DNA of 64,000 bases from assembly GCA_027621295.1 (NCBI GenBank), contig JAQCBR010000003.1:6704-70703 (forward strand), given 5' to 3'. Positions 57,046 through 64,000 of this stretch are shown here, one piece after another; position 1 is the first letter of the stretch; the number at the start of each line of letters is the position of its first letter. The position numbers were made by a program, and so were the translations under genes. The notes beneath the pieces were generated by a model that saw nothing but the letters and a program-made list of their open reading frames with translations, was not told the DNA's origin and did not search any database. This stretch comes from Planctomycetota bacterium. GTDB lineage: Bacteria; Planctomycetota; UBA1135; UBA2386.

Positions 57046-58869
57046 ATGCGGAAGCACGTGGCCGGGCTCCTGATCACCACACTGATGGGCAGCGCCGCCC
57101 GGGCGCAGTTCCCGGTCGCTGCGCCGATACTCGACCCGTTCTTCTCGTCGCACATGGTCCTGCCGCGCGACGTCCCAGTGCCGATCACCGGGGCCGCCGA
57201 TCCAGGAGGACTGGTCGACGTGTCGTTCGGCGACGCGCGCGCTTCGACGCGAGCAGACGATCGGGGGCGCTTTCGCGCGGTGCTCCCCGCACAGCCCGTC
57301 CGGCGTCACGGCGAGACGCTGTTCGTGCGCGCGGGCCAGGGCACGGCGCGATGTGACGACGTGCTGGTCGGCGACGTCTACCTGTGCGCCGGACAGTCGA
57401 ACATGGCATTCGAACTGCGCTCGTCGATCGGTGCCCAGGACGAGCTGACGGCCGCACTGCCGGACGACGTTCGCCTGATGTCGTGGCGGCCACGCCTTTC
57501 GACCGGGTCCGCTCGCTACACGCTCGACGAAGTCAGCGGACACAGCGCGGAGACGCTCTACGTCCGCGCGCCGTGGGACCGCGCTCGGGTAGACAGCCTC
57601 GCGAGCTTCTCGGCCGTGGCGTGGCACTTCGGCCGGCGCGTCACCGCTGGGACGGGCATCCCAACCGGCCTCGTCGCGGTCGCCGTCGGCGGGTCGCCGA
57701 TCGAGGCGTGGCTGCCGCGCGCGCACCTCGCCACGGACCCGGAGACGCGAGCATTCCTGCACGACTGGCTCTCGACCGACTCCTATCCGCCTTGGTGCCG
57801 GGAGCGGGCCCGACAGAACCTCGCCGCATGGCTCGAGTCGAACCCCGGAGGTCCTGCACACCACGCGTTCGAACCGGCGATCCTCTTCGACGCCGGGGTC
57901 GCGCCGTTCGCCGAAGTGCCGTTCCGCGCCGTGCTCTGGTACCAGGGGGAGTCGAACGCCACGCTGGCCGATCCCGCCGGTCGACCGACGGACGCCGCGG
58001 TGCAGGAGAAGCGGCTGAGCGACCTCGTCGCGACGTGGCGCGCCGCGCTCGGGGTTCCGGGACTGCCGTTCCTCATGGTCCAGCTGCCCGGCTACCGCCG
58101 GTCCTGGGTCGAGTTCCGCGATGCGCAGTCGCGCGTCGCCGCTGCAGACGCGGACGTCCATCTCGCGATCACTCTGGACGTCGGTGACCCGACCGACGTC
58201 CACCCTCGTGACAAGGCTCCGGTCGGCGATCGACTCGCGCGCCTCGCGCTCCGGCACCTCCACGGTCAGCGAGAGATCGGGACCGGGCCATGGATCGCCG
58301 CGGTCGAGTTCGATCGCAGGCCGGACGTCCGCGTCGTCGTGGAGGGAGCGGAGGAACTCCGCTCGGGCGACGGCGAGGCAATCCGCGGCTTCGCGCTCGC
58401 CGCTGCGGACGGCATCTTCCGCCCCGCCCGTGCGGAGCTCCTGCCCGACCGGACGCTCCGCGTGCGCGCGCCGGGCGTCACGCTTCCCGTCACGCTGCGC
58501 TACGCGTGGCAGGACGACCCGCGACCGAACCTCGTCGACGGGAATGGTCTGCCCCTCGCGCCCCATCGGACCGATCAGGGTCCGCTCGCGCCGCGCGTGA
58601 GGATCGCAAACCTGGCCGGTCTGCCCGAGCGCGCGCTGGAGCAGGTGCTCGGGCCCGACTTCAAGGTCGGCACGTTCAGCGGGCCTCGAGGGGCGATCCA
58701 CAGCGAGTCGTGGGAACCCGACCTCGCGGTGATCCGGTCCACCGACGCTTGGGATCACGGTTTCCCCGCGGTCCGGTGGGATGGCCCGGAGATCGACCCG
58801 GACCTGGACGCGCTCGCCGCAGCCGCGAGCGCGGCCGCGGCGCAGTGGCTCAGCGACCGGAAGCGGTGA
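57046..58869 (+). CDS. Secreted sialate O-acetylesterase (SASA) family protein
   Basis: MVLPRD, VGDVYLCAGQSNM, FSAVAW.F, GGSPIEAW, WYQGESNA, VQLP, DVHP.DK and RYAW. Start ATG 57046. Confidence 0.92.
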   Translation: MRKHVAGLLITTLMGSAARAQFPVAAPILDPFFSSHMVLPRDVPVPITGAADPGGLVDVSFGDARASTRADDRGRFRAVLPAQPVRRHGETLFVRAGQGTARCDDVLVGDVYLCAGQSNMAFELRSSIGAQDELTAALPDDVRLMSWRPRLSTGSARYTLDEVSGHSAETLYVRAPWDRARVDSLASFSAVAWHFGRRVTAGTGIPTGLVAVAVGGSPIEAWLPRAHLATDPETRAFLHDWLSTDSYPPWCRERARQNLAAWLESNPGGPAHHAFEPAILFDAGVAPFAEVPFRAVLWYQGESNATLADPAGRPTDAAVQEKRLSDLVATWRAALGVPGLPFLMVQLPGYRRSWVEFRDAQSRVAAADADVHLAITLDVGDPTDVHPRDKAPVGDRLARLALRHLHGQREIGTGPWIAAVEFDRRPDVRVVVEGAEELRSGDGEAIRGFALAAADGIFRPARAELLPDRTLRVRAPGVTLPVTLRYAWQDDPRPNLVDGNGLPLAPHRTDQGPLAPRVRIANLAGLPERALEQVLGPDFKVGTFSGPRGAIHSESWEPDLAVIRSTDAWDHGFPAVRWDGPEIDPDLDALAAAASAAAAQWLSDRKR

Positions 58870-60052
58870 TCCGGACGTCGATGTAGGTCAGCTGGTGCTT
58901 GTAGTCGATCTTCGGCCGCGCGCCGACCGGGGCACCACCCTGGCCGCCTCCGCTGCCGCCGCCGCCTCCGCCGCCGCCCACCTTCGGGCCGTCGGTCGAC
59001 TCCTCGTCACCGAACGGGACGATCGCCGTCACGTCTTCGTGGAAGAACGTGTTCTTGCGGACGGCCAGAGGCCCCTGCTCGAGCGCGAACGTCAGGCGGT
59101 AGTCACCGGCACCCTGGTTCATGTCCCGCACGTTCCACGTGTAGCCGTAGATCACGCGGCCCTTGATGTTGATCTCGGCCTTGTAGAAGCCGGGTCCGTC
59201 TCCGCTCTGCCAGACGCGACCGTCGTAGATGGGTGGTTCGATCAGGCGGGCGGCGGTCGCTGCGGGTTCGACCCAGCCAGCATCCCCACCCCAGTAGAGG
59301 TGCTCGGTCCGCGGGTCATCGCGGCGGATGTTCATCTTCTGGATCACGAATCGCACCGAGTGCGAGTAGACGGTGGCCTCTTCGCCGAGCCCGACCTGCG
59401 GCACGCCGGCCATCACCGCGAGGCCGTGCATCTCGGTCGCTCCCCAGCCCGACGTGTGGAGCATCGTGTACTGGATCGGCGTTCCCGCCGGCTCCCAGCC
59501 ACCGTGGACAGAGTCGTTGGTCCGCAGATCCTCGAGCAGAACGACCTCTGTCCGCACCTGCGAGCGGAGGTTCCAGTTGCGCGCTTCGAGGTTGTCGCCC
59601 CAGTCGACCCAGTCGACGAGGACAGGACCCTGCGCGTAGTCGTTCCACGCCTGCCAGACGTTGAACTCGTCCTTCTGGAGGAACGCCTGGAAGACCTCGT
59701 TGCCCGGGTGGTTCGCACCCGGCCTCGGTCCGGTCGCCCGGCCGGGAACCCCGTCGTCGCAGCGCGTGATGTCATCGGGGTCGGGCGGGCAGCTCAGCGG
59801 CGTGTCATCGCCGGGGTTGATGCCCCACCAGTACCACCAGTCGCCGAGCAGGACGGGGAGTTCATCCGGGCTTCCCCGCAGCGTCAGCGCGACGCGGTCC
59901 GACCAGACGACCGGGACGGACAGGTTGTTGCCCGCCGTCTCTTCTTCGATCCGGCCGGCAGACTTCTGGGACGTGGCGGTCGTCGCCACGAAGAGTGCAG
60001 TGGAGATGGTCCACGCGGTGCGCAGTCCCCAGCTAGAGAGCTTCTTCATCAT
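58850..60052 (-). CDS. Secreted hypothetical protein
   Basis: SD AGGAGG, signal peptide ...TATS|Q. GNNLSVP, VDWGDNLE, EINIKGRVIYGYTW and a Gly-rich insertion. Confidence 0.75.
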   Translation of the reverse strand: MMKKLSSWGLRTAWTISTALFVATTATSQKSAGRIEEETAGNNLSVPVVWSDRVALTLRGSPDELPVLLGDWWYWWGINPGDDTPLSCPPDPDDITRCDDGVPGRATGPRPGANHPGNEVFQAFLQKDEFNVWQAWNDYAQGPVLVDWVDWGDNLEARNWNLRSQVRTEVVLLEDLRTNDSVHGGWEPAGTPIQYTMLHTSGWGATEMHGLAVMAGVPQVGLGEEATVYSHSVRFVIQKMNIRRDDPRTEHLYWGGDAGWVEPAATAARLIEPPIYDGRVWQSGDGPGFYKAEINIKGRVIYGYTWNVRDMNQGAGDYRLTFALEQGPLAVRKNTFFHEDVTAIVPFGDEESTDGPKVGGGGGGGGSGGGQGGAPVGARPKIDYKHQLTYIDVRITASGR

Positions 60053-60126
60053 CGTCCTCCTGCGGGCCACGTGGCCCGCGCAGAGCAGGCAGCTCGCCCC
60101 GGGCGCGGGGTCGAGGACGATCCCCT

Positions 60127-60143
60127 CTCAAGGACCGTGCCGA
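60127..60143 (-). promoter_or_regulatory. Putative sigma-54 promoter for the 58850-60052 gene
   Basis: Minus strand TCGGCACG-GTCC-TTGAG against the consensus TGGCACG-N4-TTGC (-12 is GA instead of GC). Adjacent to a sigma-54 activator gene. Confidence 0.5.
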
Positions 60144-60260
60144 ACCATCGACGCGGGGTCAGAGTCCCCGACCGGCGAGGAGCGCATCCGCGATGCTGCC
60201 CCCCTGACGCGCTCCTGCGCCCCGACGCCGCGGGTCAGTGGTCGATCCATGCCACACGCG

Positions 60261-61565
60261 TCAGTCCGAGGCAGGCAGTGATCGTGCGTCGAGCGCGCGC
60301 AGCTTGCGGTAGAGGCTCCGTTCGCTGATGCCGAGGATCCGCGCGAGCGACCTCCGATCCCCGCGGTGCGACGCGCTCGCCCACTCGAGGTACTGACGCT
60401 CTGCATCGGCGAGCGACACGATGTCCACACCTGCCGGGAGCCCCCCGGCAGGGTCATGGCCGAGCCAGTCCTCGGGGAGGTGCCGCTCCGCGATGGGCCC
60501 GCCGCCGGCTCGGAGCCAGGCCTGCTCGAGTCCATGGCGCAGTTCGCGCACGTTTCCCGGGAACGGCAGCCCAGCGAGCCGGCGTGCTGCGTCCTCTTCG
60601 AGTGCCGCTCCGTACGCGCCTCCGAGTTCGGCGAGCAGCGATCGGGCGAGCCCGGCAATGGCACGAGGCGTGGCCCGAAGCGCCGGTAGCCGCAGCGAGA
60701 ACGTCGCCACCCGGTAGTAGAAGTCCCACCGCAGCCTGCCGCTCTCTGCCTTCGCACGCAGCCCCGGGTGTGCTGCGCAGATCAGACGGAAGTCGCTCGG
60801 GACCGATTCGCTGCTGCCGACGCGGCGGTAGGTGCGGGCCTCGAGGAGGCGAAGCAGCTTGAGCTGCACGTGCGGCGGCACGTCGCCGACCTCGTCCAGG
60901 AAGAGAGTCCCGCCGTCCGCCGCTGCGATGAGCCCGGCGCGACCGGCCGTCGCACCGGTGAACGCCCCCCGCTCGTGCCCGAAGAGTTCGCTGTCGAGGA
61001 CCCCATCCCGGAAGTCCGCGCAGTCGACGGCGATGAAAGGTGCGGACGAGCGACGCGGATGGAGCGCATGGATCGCGCGCGCGAGCCGCTCCTTGCCGGT
61101 GCCCGTCTCGCCCTCGAGCAGTACCGACACGTCGGAGCCGAGAACGAGCGCGGTGTCGGCGAGGAGCCGGCTCGAGTCGGCATCCAGTTCGTCGCCCGGT
61201 TCGGCGAGGACCAGGAGGCATGCGGTCTCGGAACCGCGGCGCCCTCCGGGGATCGGTAGCGCGTGGACCAGAGCGGTGCGCGCGCAGGGCGCAGTGCCGT
61301 CCGGCGGCCGTGGCCCCACGTGGACGGGCTCGCGAACGTCGACGCAACGCGCGACCGGACAGCCGTCCGAACCCACGGCGCAGCGGGCGCTCCGCCCCAG
61401 GATCGCACCGTGGCACGTCGAACGCCCCGGGCCGAAGCACGCGTCGAACGCAGCATTGGTCTGCTGCAGCGTGCCATCGGCTCCGACGATCGCCGCGCGC
61501 CGGAAGAAGTCCGGGGTCACGACTCCGGAGCCGGGCGGCTCGACCCGCTCCGCCGGATCCGACAT
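60261..61565 (-). CDS. Sigma-54-dependent Fis-family transcriptional activator with Cys-rich PAS-like sensor
   Basis: GETGTGKE, ELFGHERGAFTGA, GTLFLDEVGD, QLKLLR, FPGNVREL and C-terminal HTH LARILGISERSLYRKL. Confidence 0.95.
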   Translation of the reverse strand: MSDPAERVEPPGSGVVTPDFFRRAAIVGADGTLQQTNAAFDACFGPGRSTCHGAILGRSARCAVGSDGCPVARCVDVREPVHVGPRPPDGTAPCARTALVHALPIPGGRRGSETACLLVLAEPGDELDADSSRLLADTALVLGSDVSVLLEGETGTGKERLARAIHALHPRRSSAPFIAVDCADFRDGVLDSELFGHERGAFTGATAGRAGLIAAADGGTLFLDEVGDVPPHVQLKLLRLLEARTYRRVGSSESVPSDFRLICAAHPGLRAKAESGRLRWDFYYRVATFSLRLPALRATPRAIAGLARSLLAELGGAYGAALEEDAARRLAGLPFPGNVRELRHGLEQAWLRAGGGPIAERHLPEDWLGHDPAGGLPAGVDIVSLADAERQYLEWASASHRGDRRSLARILGISERSLYRKLRALDARSLPASD

Positions 61566-61645
61566 GGCGGGACAACGCCGGGCGATCGCTCGCCTTTCCG
61601 GAGCAGCACCCGACCCCGACGGATCGGGCCGAGGCCGCGTCCGAC

Positions 61646-62374
61646 TCAGGAACCGAGAAGCTGTCGGATGCTCGGCTCGATCGTGTCAGCCCAGCGGCGG
61701 TAGCCCTCGGGCGACAGATGCAGCGCGTCCGGCATCACGGTCTTCGAGATCGAGCCGTCGTCCTCGACGAAGGTCGCGCCGATGTCGAGGAAGTGCACCT
61801 GCTCGTCCTCGAGACGCGCCAGAGCCTGGTTCACCTGGAGGATGTCACCCCGCATCGCGTTGAACCGCTCTCCCCTCGGGAAGATGCCGAGCAGCAGGAT
61901 CGCCATGTCGGGCCGCTTCGCGCGAAGGCTCGCGATCACCGCCTGGATGCCCTCGAGGACCTGGGGCGCCTCGTGCGTCCCGTGCCCGAAGTTGTTCGTG
62001 CCGATCATCACGACCGCGAGCTTGGGCTGCAGCCCGTCGAGGTTGCCGTTCTCGAGCCGCCAGAGCACGTGCTCGGTGCGATCTCCCGAGATGCCCAGGT
62101 TCGCCGCGCGGCGCTTCGCGTAGCGGTCCGCCCACACTTCCCTGCCCTCGTCCTCGAAGCCCTCGGTGATCGAGTCGCCGACGAAGATCAGGTCGCAGGC
62201 CCCCTTCATCGCGGCGACACGCGCGTTGATCCGCTCGTGTCGCTGGAGCGCACGGCCGTCGCGGGCCTCGGGCAGAGTGGCAGTGTTCACGGGCGGCTCG
62301 GGCGGCTCCTCGGTTTCCTGGGCAGTGGCGAACGGGGCGATGCAGAGAGAGGCGAGCAGGAGGCGTCGGATCAT
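61646..62374 (-). CDS. Secreted GDSL/SGNH esterase (PAF-acetylhydrolase Ib-like)
   Basis: FVGDSITE, NLGISGDRTEHVLWRL, MIGTNN and DALHLS..GY. Start ATG 62374. Confidence 0.92.
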   Translation of the reverse strand: MIRRLLLASLCIAPFATAQETEEPPEPPVNTATLPEARDGRALQRHERINARVAAMKGACDLIFVGDSITEGFEDEGREVWADRYAKRRAANLGISGDRTEHVLWRLENGNLDGLQPKLAVVMIGTNNFGHGTHEAPQVLEGIQAVIASLRAKRPDMAILLLGIFPRGERFNAMRGDILQVNQALARLEDEQVHFLDIGATFVEDDGSISKTVMPDALHLSPEGYRRWADTIEPSIRQLLGS

Positions 62375-62494
62375 GGGACTGGGGTCGGGGGCGCCCAGCA
62401 TAGCCTTGGAACGATGCCCGGGCGCTTGTGCGGCGCGGGGCCCGTCCTAGAGCCTCGCCGACGTGCACGCAGCGCGTTAGAGTCCTCGCCCCCC

Positions 62495-62710
62495 ATGTCC
62501 GACATCCGCAAGGTCTGGATCGAAGAAGGCTGCATCTCGTGCAGCCTGTGCCAGGACATCTGCGCGGACGTCTTCCTGGTCGAGGACGGGCTGGACTGCG
62601 TGGTGCGCGACGACGCTCCCAAGCACTTCGCGGCCAAGGACGAGGAGATCCGCGAAGCCGCCCAGGACTGTCCGGTCGAAGTCATCAAGTTTTCCGAGCG
62701 GGACGAGTGA
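62495..62710 (+). CDS. Monocluster [4Fe-4S] ferredoxin
   Basis: MSDIRKVWIEEGCISCSLCQDIC...AAQDCPVEVI. Start ATG 62495. Confidence 0.92.
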   Translation: MSDIRKVWIEEGCISCSLCQDICADVFLVEDGLDCVVRDDAPKHFAAKDEEIREAAQDCPVEVIKFSERDE

Positions 62711-62775
62711 GTCGGGCGGTCGGGCCTTCCGACCTGTGACGGCTGGTCGAGAGTCCGCTATCCTCCGCCGGCCCC

Positions 62776-63222
62776 ATGTGGAACCTGAGCAAGAGCCTGG
62801 TGGCGCTCGCCGCGCTTGCGCTTCCCGTCGCCGACGAGCCGCAGACGGTCGACTTCGCGTCGCTGTCGGACTTCGAATACGTCGAGGGGATGGAGCTGCC
62901 GGCCCACGTGACCAAGCTCCACGAGAAGAAGATCCGCATCTCGGGCTTCATGGCCCGCGAGGTACAGGGCGAGGGGCCGGTCGAGTACTTCCTGCTGATC
63001 AACGACGCCTGCGGCTGCGAAGGGGTCCCGCTCCTCAACGAGATCCTGTTCTGCGCGATGCCGGAGGGCGAGAAGACCGAGATCCTCCCCGGCTCGATCT
63101 CGCTCGTCGGCACGCTGTTCGTCGGTGAGATCGTCGAGGACGACTGCGTGATCGCGCTCTACTGCCTGGACGTCGACAAGATCGAGTCGGGCTCGCGGTC
63201 GGGGTCGGGGTCGGGGAGCTGA
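62776..63222 (+). CDS. DUF3299-like exported protein
   Basis: KKIRISGFM, YFLL...CGC...P..NE and LVGTL pattern, with an N-terminal signal segment. Confidence 0.75.
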   Translation: MWNLSKSLVALAALALPVADEPQTVDFASLSDFEYVEGMELPAHVTKLHEKKIRISGFMAREVQGEGPVEYFLLINDACGCEGVPLLNEILFCAMPEGEKTEILPGSISLVGTLFVGEIVEDDCVIALYCLDVDKIESGSRSGSGSGS

Positions 63223-63236
63223 ACCACCGGAGAAAG

Positions 63237-64000
63237 ATGCGCACTGCGCTGATCACGCTCGGCCTCCTCTTCGCGGCGAGCGGAGCGCTCCCCGCACAGG
63301 ACACCGCGGACCCGTTCGACGACGCGGTCCAGAAGGCGGTCACGCACGGCCGCTACGCGGTCCGCAGGGCCGCCGCGGGCAAGCTCGCCAGAGCCGGCGA
63401 CGACGCGGTCCCCGCCATGCGTCGCTACGTCGACGCGCACGGGCTCGATGCGATCCCGCTCGAACTCGTCGACGCGCTCGCCCAGTCGGACGTGCGCGGG
63501 CCCGAGATCGAGGCGCTCCTCACCGAGTGGGCCGGCAACCGACGGTTCTTCTGGCGCTCCCAGGCGCTGGGTGGACTCGCTCGGCGCGGCGTCGAAGGGG
63601 CCCGGCCGATGTTCGAGGCGGCGATCGGCGACCCTTCCCATCTGTTCCGGATCGAGGGAGCCCGCGGCCTGCTGACCGTCGCGACCGACGACGAGGAAGC
63701 GACCGCCCGCGTGCGCGCGCGGCTCGGCGACGACGATCCCAGGGTGCGGCTGAGGGTCGCGCTCTTGCTGCTGGAGCGCGGCGACGGTGGCGGCGCCAGG
63801 CAGATCGGCGAGGCAGTCTTCGGCGCTGCACGGACGTTCCTCGATGACCGATGGGGTGCCCGGGAAGCGACGCTCGCGGTCCGCGAGCTGCAGCGCATCG
63901 CCGGCCTCGACGTGGCCGCGATCCTCGGCGACGACCTGGACGCGGCAGCCGAGGCCCGCGCCGTCGCGACCGCATGGGTCCAGGGCGCAGCTCCGGACTA
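63237..64000 (+). CDS. Secreted HEAT-repeat protein (partial, runs off the window end)
   Basis: ATG 63237 after GGAG. MRTALITLGLLFAASGALPA|Q, then VRRAAAGKLA and LGDDDPRVRLRVAL. No stop before the end. Not in the ORF track. Confidence 0.72.
   Translation, partial: MRTALITLGLLFAASGALPAQDTADPFDDAVQKAVTHGRYAVRRAAAGKLARAGDDAVPAMRRYVDAHGLDAIPLELVDALAQSDVRGPEIEALLTEWAGNRRFFWRSQALGGLARRGVEGARPMFEAAIGDPSHLFRIEGARGLLTVATDDEEATARVRARLGDDDPRVRLRVALLLLERGDGGGARQIGEAVFGAARTFLDDRWGAREATLAVRELQRIAGLDVAAILGDDLDAAAEARAVATAWVQGAAPD

Noticed and set aside
7398-58869. Short 3' overlaps of convergent gene pairs (7398-7411, 52537-52552, 58850-58869)
   Set aside because: Overlaps of 14-20 nt are common in compact high-GC genomes and there is no sign of a special function.
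63196-63216. GGGGTC short repeat at the end of the DUF3299 gene
   Set aside because: It encodes a low-complexity Gly-Ser tail in frame, so there is no phase-variation potential.
1-64000. Numerous long overlapping ORFs on opposite strands or alternative frames (e.g. 34159-37107 minus, 38724-41576 plus, 28781-31138 plus, 24340-26301 minus)
   Set aside because: These are shadow ORFs expected at high GC. They are Arg/Pro/Ala-rich, carry no motifs and lie over well-supported genes.

Overview
A high-GC (roughly 70%, estimated by eye), gene-dense bacterial window of about 57 CDS. I saw no rRNA, tRNA, CRISPR array, transposase or integrase. The content suggests an uncultured high-GC Planctomycetota lineage (inference only): many HEAT, prenyltransferase-like, kelch and DUF3299 secreted proteins, a standalone FliA/WhiG sigma factor and a sigma-54 activator. 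Housekeeping and metabolic genes include efpL/yeiP, apt, glcDEF, a glutamate-cysteine ligase, proline dehydrogenase, mobA, htpG, selO, acyl-CoA catabolic genes and a ferredoxin. Main signals: (1) a c-di-GMP-I riboswitch between a sigma-28-type promoter and the orphan sigma-28 gene, a candidate c-di-GMP-gated autoregulatory loop; (2) a shared ~125-145 aa two-cysteine C-terminal domain on three unrelated secreted proteins, a candidate lineage-specific sorting or anchoring signal; (3) Gln at +1 after the predicted signal-peptide cleavage site in 11 exported proteins; (4) a TANNNT-N7-11-ATG leaderless-type start in at least 15 genes; (5) a eukaryote Dus3-like dihydrouridine synthase and an Rsm22/METTL17-like protein; (6) a DUF455 diiron / ATP-grasp / EamA cluster. 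All calls come from motif recognition by eye and no database searches were run. Many starts were re-assigned from the ORF track.
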